A stretch of DNA of 64,000 nt from an uncultured Candidatus Rokubacteria bacterium (GTDB lineage: Bacteria; Methylomirabilota; Methylomirabilia; Rokubacteriales; CSP1-6). The notes beneath the pieces are model-generated. The model ran no database searches, had not been told where the DNA came from, and saw only the letters and a list, made by a program, of their open reading frames with translations. This document shows positions 29,477 to 38,611 of the stretch, one piece after another. The DNA is taken from assembly GCA_963754315.1 (NCBI GenBank), contig CAVWFS010000019.1, forward strand, positions 861,745-925,744, read 5' to 3'. Within the stretch, counting starts at the first letter, position 1. Every line of letters begins with the position of its first letter. Both the position numbers and the translations under genes were made by a program.

Positions 29477-30619
29477 ATGAACGCTACGAAGCGGTACGGG
29501 CTGGCGGGCGCCCTTCTTTTTTCCCTCTTTCTTTCCCAAGTCCTTGCCCGAGGCGAGGAAGCTTCCTTCGGTGCCGGCTGGTCCCCGCTGCCCAACACGT
29601 CGCTGCGGACGGTGTGTCCCCCGAACACAGCCCAGTATGGGTTCGCCGACCGGTGCCAGAACGTGATTCTGGCCTGGAATGGCGGCGTGATTGACACACG
29701 GCGCGGTCGCCTGATCGTGTGGGGAGGGGGGCACAACGATTACCGGGGCAACGAGATCTACGCGATCACCGTCAAGCCACCGAAAGTTGAGCGACTGACA
29801 AACCCATCGCCCCCGAATGTGCCCCTCAACACCACCAACTGCACGACCACGCTGGCGGACGGGACGCCCAACTCGCGGCATACGTACGGCGGTCTGGCCT
29901 ACATCGAACACGTCGACCGCATGTTCGTCTACGGGGGAAGCCTGGGCTGCAGCCCTGGCCACTTCGGCGGTGATACCTGGACGTTCAGCTTTGCCACCAA
30001 CACGTGGCAGGCCATGAGGCCGTCGGGCCCACAGCCGCGCTACGACGCCGGCATTGTCGCCGCCTACGATCCCAACACCCGGAAGGTCTTCCTGCACGAC
30101 GCCTGGGATCTCTTCGCCTACACGTTCGAGACCAACAGCTACCAGCGGCTGGCCACCGGCAATCACATCGACTACCACATGACGGCGGCGGTGGATCCTA
30201 TACGCAAAAAACTCATCATCGTAGGGGGAACGGCCGGCAGCGGCGGCGGGGTCACCGTCTACGATATCGGAGCGCGAAGTGGATTCGGGCGGCAACAGTG
30301 GACAACAACCGGCGGAGATCGAATCGTGCACACCGCATCGCCGGGGCTCGCGTACGATCCTGACTCCGACCGGATGGTGGCGTGGGCCGGCGGGGATACG
30401 TTGCACAGCCTGAATATGGATACCCGAATGTGGACTGCGCACAGATTTTCGGGGGGACCGGATACTGCGCCAGAGAACGGAATGTTCGGGCGGTGGGGTT
30501 ATTTGGCGCAGTACGGAGTGTTTGTCACGGTCACGAGCGTGGACCGTAATGCCTATGTTTTGCGCTTAACCAACGCACCACGCACGGACGACCCAGCGCC
30601 GGCTGGCGGTTCACGTTGA
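29477..30619 (+). CDS. Secreted stand-alone module A protein
   Basis: Signal peptide; WGGGHNDYRGNE, DGTPNSRHTYGG, IDYHM, NGMFGRWGY. Confidence 0.85.
   Translation: MNATKRYGLAGALLFSLFLSQVLARGEEASFGAGWSPLPNTSLRTVCPPNTAQYGFADRCQNVILAWNGGVIDTRRGRLIVWGGGHNDYRGNEIYAITVKPPKVERLTNPSPPNVPLNTTNCTTTLADGTPNSRHTYGGLAYIEHVDRMFVYGGSLGCSPGHFGGDTWTFSFATNTWQAMRPSGPQPRYDAGIVAAYDPNTRKVFLHDAWDLFAYTFETNSYQRLATGNHIDYHMTAAVDPIRKKLIIVGGTAGSGGGVTVYDIGARSGFGRQQWTTTGGDRIVHTASPGLAYDPDSDRMVAWAGGDTLHSLNMDTRMWTAHRFSGGPDTAPENGMFGRWGYLAQYGVFVTVTSVDRNAYVLRLTNAPRTDDPAPAGGSR
29658..30249 (+). repeat. 592-bp inverted repeat, copy 1 (partner 36306-36897)
   Basis: Identical by eye to the reverse complement of 36306-36897. The ORF track gives identical shadow ORFs (29817-30017 and 36538-36738). 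Confidence 0.9.
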
Positions 30620-30658
30620 GCCGATCTTGCCGGAGACGAGCGAAAAGGAGTTAGGGTC

Positions 30659-31150
30659 ATGTATATGTATCCCCTTCGCGCCGCGAGCGCAATTGTGGTC
30701 CTTGCCGCTACTGTACTCGCACTGCCCTTCCACGCGGTAGCGGCCCCGCCTCAATCCGCGCTCAGCAGCACGATCAGCACGAACCCAATCATCATCGGCA
30801 GTCAGCTACGCGAGGCCCTTCGCCTGGCCGGGATCGCTCTCCAACAGCTGGACCGACTCGCTCCCGAAGACTCGCTCGACCAGGCTGCTGCCACCTGTCG
30901 CGAGGTGTATGTCCTCATCCGGGCAGCCCGGAGCGGGATGATCAACGCCAAGGCAAAGGCCCGGTTCCCCGACCCGCTTCTCGACTGGGAAATCGAGCGC
31001 ACGACGATCGCCTGGAATGAGTCCCGACGCCCGGTGGAAGATGCGAACGGCACCCTCAGCTACAATAAACCTGAGTACGTCCGTGCGGCCACGGAACACC
31101 TGAATATTGCGGTGGCCAACATCGAACTCGTGCTTCAGGTCCTGCCCTGA
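30659..31150 (+). CDS. Secreted hypothetical protein, predicted helical
   Basis: AGGAG RBS, signal peptide ending AVA-AP, amphipathic helical sequence. Confidence 0.75.
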   Translation: MYMYPLRAASAIVVLAATVLALPFHAVAAPPQSALSSTISTNPIIIGSQLREALRLAGIALQQLDRLAPEDSLDQAAATCREVYVLIRAARSGMINAKAKARFPDPLLDWEIERTTIAWNESRRPVEDANGTLSYNKPEYVRAATEHLNIAVANIELVLQVLP

Positions 31151-31189
31151 CCCCGCCGGGGATGTGACCGTGCCCGCCCATGCCTCGGT

Positions 31190-31206
31190 TGTGACAAAAC
31201 CCGACA
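31190..31206 (+). promoter_or_regulatory. Candidate regulator box TGT-N11-ACA
   Basis: TGTGACAAAACCCGACA, 10 nt before the 31217 ATG; resembles the box at 6141. Confidence 0.3.
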
Positions 31207-31216
31207 GAGTTGGCGC

Positions 31217-32404
31217 ATGAGGAGGCACGCTCGTTCCCTGCTGTTCGGGGGTCTGTTGCTCGGCAGCCTTATGATAGCGGTCGCGCGGATCGAAGGTGAG
31301 AGTGCTTCGCCGCCCGCATCATTCGTTCTCCCGAAGCCGATCGACATTCCGAACGGGCTGTTCGTGGCACTGGAGCGGCCAGACATCGGTCGGGGGGTGG
31401 CGGGTGAAACAAAGCACGTCACCTGGGCCCACAACCCTGTGGACGGGCGGCTGTACCAGATGGGGGGGGATTTCAGCGGGCCGGTGGGGGGGTCCTCGTA
31501 CCGGCAAGACATGTACTCGGTGTCGATTGCGGAGCGGTGGGCGAGCCGGAACGACCGGAACGCGGGCTGGCGGCAGGAGTACCCGTACTGTGGGCCGGAG
31601 GGGGGGCGGCAGCCGAAGTCGCCCGACTATGTGGGGTGGACGTGGGACACGAAGCGGCGAGTGTTCTGGAACGTGCCGGGCACGTTTGTGATCCCGGCAG
31701 CGGTGGTGTGCCCGGGCGTCACGTCCAGTTGGGCGGACGATCCGCCGAAGTATCTCTTCAACCACCTGATGACCTTCGATCCGTTCGAGCCGGATCTGAC
31801 GAAGCGCTGGAAGGACGTGGGGACCAACATTGGGCCGACCCCGGTGGACACGTGGATGAGCGTGTACGACGCAGGGACCGATAGTCTCGTTCGTTTCGGG
31901 TGGGATGGCGGCCGCGGGGCGATGGTGAACGTCTACGACATCGCGAAGGGCCGGTGGGCGGAGAAGCCCCTCGGACGGAATGCTCTCGGGCAGGACATCC
32001 GGATCTGGAAGGAGATGCTGGCGCCGGACTGGGGGCAGCGAGTGATCTACGCGATCGATGGGCTCGCGGGGCGGCTGCATCGCTACCAGGTGGACGGGCG
32101 GACGATCGAGGACTTGGGGGCGGTGCCGGGGGGCCCGATCGCCTATGCGGCCAACAATGATGCCTACGCGGTGTGGGATAGTCTGCACCGAGTGCTGTTC
32201 TTTTTCCGGATGGACACGAGCATGCTGCACGTCTATCACCCGACTCGAAAGACCTGGGAGACCCCGCCGATGGCCACCGATCCCCCAGCGCTCAAACCCC
32301 ACGTCCGCCACGGGTTGGTGTTCGACTCATATCAGAACGTGCTAGTATTTCTCGGAACCACTGATACGTCGAATCTATATCTATACTTGTATCGCTACCG
32401 CTGA
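31217..32404 (+). CDS. Secreted stand-alone module B protein (most divergent copy)
   Basis: Signal peptide; PIDIPNG, ETKHVTWAHNP, GGDF, SYRQDMY, EYPYCG, ends LYLYRYR. Confidence 0.85.
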   Translation: MRRHARSLLFGGLLLGSLMIAVARIEGESASPPASFVLPKPIDIPNGLFVALERPDIGRGVAGETKHVTWAHNPVDGRLYQMGGDFSGPVGGSSYRQDMYSVSIAERWASRNDRNAGWRQEYPYCGPEGGRQPKSPDYVGWTWDTKRRVFWNVPGTFVIPAAVVCPGVTSSWADDPPKYLFNHLMTFDPFEPDLTKRWKDVGTNIGPTPVDTWMSVYDAGTDSLVRFGWDGGRGAMVNVYDIAKGRWAEKPLGRNALGQDIRIWKEMLAPDWGQRVIYAIDGLAGRLHRYQVDGRTIEDLGAVPGGPIAYAANNDAYAVWDSLHRVLFFFRMDTSMLHVYHPTRKTWETPPMATDPPALKPHVRHGLVFDSYQNVLVFLGTTDTSNLYLYLYRYR

Positions 32405-32500
32405 CTGCCTCGGTCAGCCCCCCGCGGGCGAGCGTCGCCTCAGCCTGGAGTCGCGTCTCGGATCAGGATGTCAGCCAGTGTACCTGCTCGAGGCTGAAGA

Positions 32501-35500
32501 TCACTCGTGCAGTTCGAAGGCACCAACATCGGCGGCTCCGCTGCGCGGAACGTCCACGAAGTCATCGGCAGGTCGCCAGGGCTCAGGCCCGCTCCCCGCC
32601 GCGTCGATCAACGGACTGTTCGGAGCTGGCCAGAGGACGTAGGGCGGCGGCGGCATGGCTTGAACAAAGCACCCCGTCGTCGGTCCGCATGTGATGTTCC
32701 CCAGGATGGTGCCGGCCGGCGAGCTCGGCCAGAGATCCGGAGTCCCCACCAGGGGCCGAATGGCGTTGAAGGCGATGACGTTGCCGCTCTGGTTGCCCCA
32801 CCCCGCTACATTGATGCCGGAGTCGCTGTTGTCGAGTACCGTGTTGTGCACAATCCACACGTTCTTCTGCAAATTTCGACGCCCATAGTTCTGGGCGCTG
32901 ATCCCCCCGAAGGCATTTCCGACTAAAACATTGTTCCACACGATGGCGGGGCCGCCCCCTACCACGATCCCGCCTTCCTCCAGCGACCCCTCCACGTAAT
33001 TCTTCTCGATAACACTGGGCGGATCGCCTCGGTTGGAGCCGTACACCATGATACCTGGTCCCTTCGTTCGGGAAATTGTGTTGCCCCGCACCGTGCCGTA
33101 GGAGTTCAGCTTGATCTGTAGGCCGTACCCGATGCCGTTCGAGGTGACCCCGTTGATCACGTTGTTCTCGACGAGCAGCTCCGTCACGTGACAACTCGTG
33201 CCGTCGTGGCACCCGAAGTACAGCCCAGTCTGATTCAAGTCCTTGAAGAGGTTCTCGCGCACCGTGAGTCGGTGGCTATCCTGCGTGTTGGCACTGATGG
33301 CAATGCCCCCGATACCCTCGAATGTGTTCCGTTCGATCACGATATCGTGGGCGCTCCAGATCCTGATGGCATCCACGTCCTCCTGAGTCGGTGCAAACGC
33401 AAAACCCCGAATGTACAGATACCCCGCGCCCCGGAGCTCTAGGACGTTATGATTCGATCCCGCGTAGGCGAAGGTCGCCCGCGAGGAGTTTCCCTCGTCC
33501 TGAGATCGCATCACGATTGGCGCCGCCGCCGTGCCCACCGCCGTGATCCAACACGGACTGGTGTAGGAGCCGGCCACGAAGACGATCTCGGTACCGGGCT
33601 GCGCCTTGTTGAGGATGTTGCACCATGGATCCGCCGCGCCAACCTTGATTGTCGTGCCCGACTGAGCGATCGTGGCACTCGCCGTGTTGGAGTACGGACC
33701 GAGATTGGCGGCCGCATCGGTGGCCCGCACCCGGTAGCTGTAGCTGGTGCCCGCCGTACGCCCCGTGTCACTGTAGACGGTCCCGCTCGGCGTGGCCACC
33801 TGAGCGAAACTGCTGCAGCCCGCGCCCTGGCACCGCTCCACCAGGTAACCCGTCACCTCAACGTTGTCCGTGGCCGCCGTCCAGCTGAGGTTGATCTCGC
33901 TGGCGCTGGCCACCGTGGCGCCCAGGTTCGTGGGCGCCGTAGGCGTCATCGTGTCAGCGATCGTGGGCGCCGTGGGCGTCGTCGTGTCAGCGATCGTGGC
34001 ACTCGCCGTGTTGGAGTACGGACCGAGATTGGCGGCCGCATCGATGGCCCGCACCCGGTAGCTGTAGCTGGTGCCCGCCGTACGCCCCGTGTCACTGTAG
34101 ATGGTCCCGCTCGGCGTGGCCACCTGAGCGAAACTGCTGCAGCCCGTGCCCTCGCACCGCTCCACCCGGTAACCCGTCACCCCAACGTTATCCGTGGCCG
34201 CCGTCCAGCTGAGGTTGATCTCGCTGGCGCTGGCCACCGTGGCGCCCAGGTTCGTGGGCGCCGTGGGCGTCGTGGTATCTCCCGTTCCGAAAGACGGCCT
34301 GTAGCGGTAGAAGTACATGTAGGGGTTCGCCGTGTCCGTCGTCCCCAGGAGGACCAGCACGTTCTGGTCCGGGTCGAACACCGCCGCGTGCCGCACGTGC
34401 GGCGTCAGCCCCGGCGGATCCGTCACCAGCGGTGGTGTCTCCCACTCCTGCGTGTCCGGGTGATAGACGTGCAGGATGCTCGTGTCCATCCGGAAAAAGA
34501 ACAGCACCCGGTGCAGGCTGTCCCACACCGCGTAGGCATCATTGTTGGCCGTATAGGCGATCGGGCCCCCCGGCACCGCCCCCAGGTCCTCGATCGTCCG
34601 CCCGTCCACCCGGTAGCGATGCAGCCGCCCCGCAATCCCGTCGATCACATAAATCACCCGCTGCCCCCAGTCCGCCGCCAGCATCTCCTTAAAGATCCGG
34701 ATGTCCTGCCCCACCGCGTTCAACCCCAGCAACTTCGCCGTCCACTGCCCGGCCGTAATGTCATAGATGTTCACCATCGCCCCGCGCGCCCCGTCCCACC
34801 CGAAGCGAATCAGACTGTCGGTCCCCGCGTCGTACACGCTCATCCACGTGTCCACGGCCGTCGGCCCAATGTCGCGCCCCCGGTCCTGCCAGCGCTGGGT
34901 CAGGTCCGGCTCGAAGGGATCAAAGGTCATCAGGTGATTAAATAGGTACTTCGGCGGATCGTCCGCCCAACTGGACGTGATGCCCGGGCAGACCACCGCT
35001 GCCGGGATCACAAACGTGCCCGGCACGCTCCAGAACACCCGCCGCTTGCTGTCCCACGTCCACCCCACATAGTCCGGCGATTTCGGCTGCCGGCCCCCCT
35101 CCGGCCCACAGTACGGGTACTCCTGCCGCCAGCCCGCGTTCCGGTCGTTCCGGCTCGCCCACCGCTCCGCAATCGACACCGAGTACATGTCCTGCCGGTA
35201 CGACGACCCCCCCACCGTCCCCCCAAAGTCGCCCCCCATCTGGTACAGCCGCCCGTCGATCGGGTTGTGCGCGTACGTCGAGTGCTTCGTCTCCCGCGCC
35301 GGCCCCCGGCCCCAGTCCGGCCGCTCCAGCGCTATGAAGACCCCACTTGGAATGTCGATCGGGGTCCCCGGGCGCAGTGGCGGCGGAGCGCTGTTCGACA
35401 CGGTCACCAGGCGGGCGGCCGCCGTGGCGCTGTTTCCGGCCGCGTCGCGGGCTACCGCCGTGAGCGTGTGCATCCCATCGCCCTCTGCCGTCGTGTCCCA

Positions 35501-37075
35501 CACCACCGCGTAAGGTCCGATCGTCGTCTCTGCCCCCAGATTGGCGCCGTCAAGCTTGAACTGCACTCCCACCACGTTATCGGACGCGGACGCCGTCACT
35601 GTCACCGTCCCCGCGACGGTTGCCCCCGCTGCCGGCGCGCTCAACGTCACCGTCGGGTTGGTGGCATCGGTCGGTGACGCCCCGTTTCCGACGGTGACTG
35701 TGCGGGCGGCCGCCGTGGCGCTGTTTCCAGTGGCATCGCGGGCCACCGCTGTGAGGGTGTGCGCGCCATTGGCCGCTGTCGTCGTATCCCATGCGACCGA
35801 GTACGGGTGGGTCGTTGCCTCTGTCCCCAGATTGACGCCATCGAGTTTGAACTGGACTCCCACCACGGAGACGTCATCCGACGCGGACGCCGCCACCGTC
35901 ACCGTCCCCGCGACGATCTCGCCTGCGGCCGGCGCGCTGAGCGTCACCGTCAGGTTTGTGGGGTCGGTCGGTGGCCGGTCTGGCGAAGGTTGAAGCGAAA
36001 GGGCGTACGCATCGAGGTCTACGCTCGTCACTGCAACGAACACGCCCGGCCCAGGCACGTAGCCCCACCGGCCGAAAGTCCCGTTCTCCGGCGCCGCGCC
36101 CGGCCCGCCGGTCAACGTCTGCGTCGTCCACGTCTGCGTGTCGGTATTCAAGCTGTAGACGGTGTCCTCCCCAGCCCATACCACCATCCGATCCGATCCG
36201 GGATCATAACTGATGCCGGGAGACAAGGCGTTGACCACTCCTGGGCCCCCGGTCCACCTCTGCGCCATGTACGCGCTCCCTGGCCCGATGTCGTAGACGG
36301 TGACTCCGCCGCCGCTGCCGGCCGTTCCCCCTACGATGATGAGTTTTTTGCGTATAGGATCCACCGCCGCCGTCATGTGGTAGTCGATGTGATTGCCGGT
36401 GGCCAGCCGCTGGTAGCTGTTGGTCTCGAACGTGTAGGCGAAGAGATCCCAGGCGTCGTGCAGGAAGACCTTCCGGGTGTTGGGATCGTAGGCGGCGACA
36501 ATGCCGGCGTCGTAGCGCGGCTGTGGGCCCGACGGCCTCATGGCCTGCCACGTGTTGGTGGCAAAGCTGAACGTCCAGGTATCACCGCCGAAGTGGCCAG
36601 GGCTGCAGCCCAGGCTTCCCCCGTAGACGAACATGCGGTCGACGTGTTCGATGTAGGCCAGACCGCCGTACGTATGCCGCGAGTTGGGCGTCCCGTCCGC
36701 CAGCGTGGTCGTGCAGTTGGTGGTGTTGAGGGGCACATTCGGGGGCGATGGGTTTGTCAGTCGCTCAACTTTCGGTGGCTTGACGGTGATCGCGTAGATC
36801 TCGTTGCCCCGGTAATCGTTGTGCCCCCCTCCCCACACGATCAGGCGACCGCGCCGTGTGTCAATCACGCCGCCATTCCAGGCCAGAATCACGTTCTTGC
36901 AGTAATCCGCGAAAGCGTACTCCGGTGTGTTCGGAGGGCACACCGTCCTCAGTCTCGTATTGGTCATCTCAGTCCAGCCGGCCGGAAAGCTCTGCGCGTC
37001 TGCTTGTCCGACCAGCAGCGCCACCGCCCATGAGATTTGGCAGAGTACAAACAGCAGACGAACAACTTTCGGCAT
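32501..37075 (-). CDS. Large secreted multidomain protein: A - Ig(Big) x2 - B - FN3 x2 - D (beta-helix)
   Basis: ATG 37075 with GGAGG RBS and a signal peptide. Approximate domains: A 35995-36990; Ig-like repeats (VVGVQFKLDG..HTLTAVARDA.GN) 35395-35955; B 34300-35370; FN3 (INLSWTAATDNV..YSYRVRA.DAAAN) 33666-34275; D 32501-33655. Confidence 0.9.
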   Translation of the reverse strand: MPKVVRLLFVLCQISWAVALLVGQADAQSFPAGWTEMTNTRLRTVCPPNTPEYAFADYCKNVILAWNGGVIDTRRGRLIVWGGGHNDYRGNEIYAITVKPPKVERLTNPSPPNVPLNTTNCTTTLADGTPNSRHTYGGLAYIEHVDRMFVYGGSLGCSPGHFGGDTWTFSFATNTWQAMRPSGPQPRYDAGIVAAYDPNTRKVFLHDAWDLFAYTFETNSYQRLATGNHIDYHMTAAVDPIRKKLIIVGGTAGSGGGVTVYDIGPGSAYMAQRWTGGPGVVNALSPGISYDPGSDRMVVWAGEDTVYSLNTDTQTWTTQTLTGGPGAAPENGTFGRWGYVPGPGVFVAVTSVDLDAYALSLQPSPDRPPTDPTNLTVTLSAPAAGEIVAGTVTVAASASDDVSVVGVQFKLDGVNLGTEATTHPYSVAWDTTTAANGAHTLTAVARDATGNSATAAARTVTVGNGASPTDATNPTVTLSAPAAGATVAGTVTVTASASDNVVGVQFKLDGANLGAETTIGPYAVVWDTTAEGDGMHTLTAVARDAAGNSATAAARLVTVSNSAPPPLRPGTPIDIPSGVFIALERPDWGRGPARETKHSTYAHNPIDGRLYQMGGDFGGTVGGSSYRQDMYSVSIAERWASRNDRNAGWRQEYPYCGPEGGRQPKSPDYVGWTWDSKRRVFWSVPGTFVIPAAVVCPGITSSWADDPPKYLFNHLMTFDPFEPDLTQRWQDRGRDIGPTAVDTWMSVYDAGTDSLIRFGWDGARGAMVNIYDITAGQWTAKLLGLNAVGQDIRIFKEMLAADWGQRVIYVIDGIAGRLHRYRVDGRTIEDLGAVPGGPIAYTANNDAYAVWDSLHRVLFFFRMDTSILHVYHPDTQEWETPPLVTDPPGLTPHVRHAAVFDPDQNVLVLLGTTDTANPYMYFYRYRPSFGTGDTTTPTAPTNLGATVASASEINLSWTAATDNVGVTGYRVERCEGTGCSSFAQVATPSGTIYSDTGRTAGTSYSYRVRAIDAAANLGPYSNTASATIADTTTPTAPTIADTMTPTAPTNLGATVASASEINLSWTAATDNVEVTGYLVERCQGAGCSSFAQVATPSGTVYSDTGRTAGTSYSYRVRATDAAANLGPYSNTASATIAQSGTTIKVGAADPWCNILNKAQPGTEIVFVAGSYTSPCWITAVGTAAAPIVMRSQDEGNSSRATFAYAGSNHNVLELRGAGYLYIRGFAFAPTQEDVDAIRIWSAHDIVIERNTFEGIGGIAISANTQDSHRLTVRENLFKDLNQTGLYFGCHDGTSCHVTELLVENNVINGVTSNGIGYGLQIKLNSYGTVRGNTISRTKGPGIMVYGSNRGDPPSVIEKNYVEGSLEEGGIVVGGGPAIVWNNVLVGNAFGGISAQNYGRRNLQKNVWIVHNTVLDNSDSGINVAGWGNQSGNVIAFNAIRPLVGTPDLWPSSPAGTILGNITCGPTTGCFVQAMPPPPYVLWPAPNSPLIDAAGSGPEPWRPADDFVDVPRSGAADVGAFELHE
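33666..34275 (-). repeat. Tandem near-identical FN3-coding repeats (period 324 bp) with duplicated linker
   Basis: Matching sequence at 33666 and 33990; linker TIADTTTPTAP-TIADTMTPTAP. Confidence 0.9.
34302..35370 (-). repeat. ~1.07-kb direct repeat, copy 1 (partner 55617-56682); also homologous to 3300-4365 and 31332-32401
   Basis: Near-identical DNA at offset 21312; identical shadow ORFs 35008-35226 and 56320-56538. Confidence 0.9.
36306..36897 (-). repeat. 592-bp inverted repeat, copy 2 (partner 29658-30249)
   Basis: Reverse complement of 29658-30249. Confidence 0.9.
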
Positions 37076-37160
37076 TCGTGAACCTCCGTTCAGGACGGGC
37101 GTCCGACCATGCCGCTCAGCATGTGCAAATCCCGTCGATGCTCGTGGTCGAGACTCTCTG

Positions 37161-37176
37161 GCAATTCGCATACCGA
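37161..37176 (-). promoter_or_regulatory. Candidate sigma-54 promoter for the large multidomain gene
   Basis: TCGGTATGCGAATTGC on the minus strand: GG-N10-GC with TTGC, ~85 nt upstream of the ATG. Confidence 0.35.
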
Positions 37177-37635
37177 TCAAGGCCCCGAGCAGAATGCATG
37201 GGTTCGCGTGACACTTCGGCGTGATTCAGTGACAGACTGGCGCGGCAACGATCGGACTTCGACAAAACAGTCGGCGAGAGTTCTTCTCGGGAGACCCGCG
37301 AGTGGTTTGCTGCTCTGACTGCGAGCGGTCTGTGGAGCCCGACATGCCCAGAAAGCAGTCGGCCTGCTAGGAAATAGGGCAATCCGAGAGTCTGGCCGGG
37401 AGACTACCCTGCTCGCGATCCGTGTCTTGGGACCGCTGGCGAAACAGGTTGATGCCGCCGCGACCACGAACCTCTCGGCCGCCCGGCTACGTACGCTTCA
37501 CGTGATCGGCGGTGATCCTATCGGTTGTGGTGGTCTACTCCCTCCTTGTGTCGGTCACCCTCGCGGCGGCCGCAGCGCGCAGCAGTCAGGGCCGGCGCCT
37601 CGTGTCGCGCACTCGCCCCGCCTTGCCGGGTGGGC

Positions 37636-38516
37636 TCACGGTCCAGTCGAGTAGATCGGATCCCCGCCTGGCGGCAGCATCCTGATCAGCGTGACGCTAT
37701 TTTGGCGCCACTTGTGAGGCTCGAGAAGGCTTAGGAGCTCGAACTTTTGAAAGGAGTCGGTGGCTTGCCTCAGCTTGAGGTCCAGCACGATCGGGCGAAG
37801 CTGGACATTGGTCAGGGTGGAGTGCAACAGCAGGAGCCCGTGCTGGGGGTTGATGAGGGGCCAGTATTCGGCAAGGAAAGCGGAGTAGTGGGGGAAGGAG
37901 CCACAATCAAACCACACAAAGTCGAACGGGAGGATCTCGCGCGGCAGGGACGAGGACATGCCTCGGAAATCCCCCTTCTGGAATCTCAGGATGTGCTCAA
38001 GTCCCAGGGCGGCTGCTGCCTTCTCTACTCGGTGAGCGCTGGTGGCTGGATGCGAGACGTCATCGATGATGGTGAGCACCGACGCGTAGTCCGCCTCGTA
38101 GTACTCTGGGCGGGCCAGAGGTAGTGGATGGCGGCCGCGGAGCACACGTCGCATGCCGGAGTGCTGGTCCGAGCGCACGTGGCCGCGCAGGACTTCCCGA
38201 TACTTGTGATCTTCGTCCTGATTGTCGGCCAGAGCCTGCAGGATGAAGAGCGAGGAATACCCGGCCCCCACCTCCAGCGCGCTGTGGGGCTTGGTGCAGC
38301 GAATGAGGCTGTAGATTAGGGGGCTGAGCATCTCGACGCCCATACTCCAGTTCTGGTCAACAGCACTGACCGCGTCGTAAAAGCCCGAGGTCAGCGGCAT
38401 GGCCGGCTTCGGGCTGTGAGCGTGGCTGTCACCGGACCGTCGGTCCACCACCAGAGGCTCTCCATCTCGGGGAGCGCACTGGCAAGAAGGTTGCTGGCAA
38501 CATCCGACGAATTCAT
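37636..38516 (-). CDS. Class I SAM-dependent methyltransferase (Methyltransf_24-like); probable frameshift near the 5' end
   Basis: ALEVGAGYSS, PFDFVWFDCG. A strong AGGAGG RBS precedes ATG 38516, which is in a different frame from the main ORF 37636-38451. Confidence 0.7.
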
Positions 38517-38611
38517 CGTGTGACCTCCTAGACTTGGATGCGAGATCGCCGCCCGAGAGACCTCACCGGCCGCAATACCTGCCGGGTCGGAGATCACTGG
38601 CGACGACCTGC

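Noticed and set aside
29477..37075. Classical shufflon with a site-specific invertase
   Set aside because: No tyrosine or serine recombinase and no short repeated crossover sites found; only long homology.
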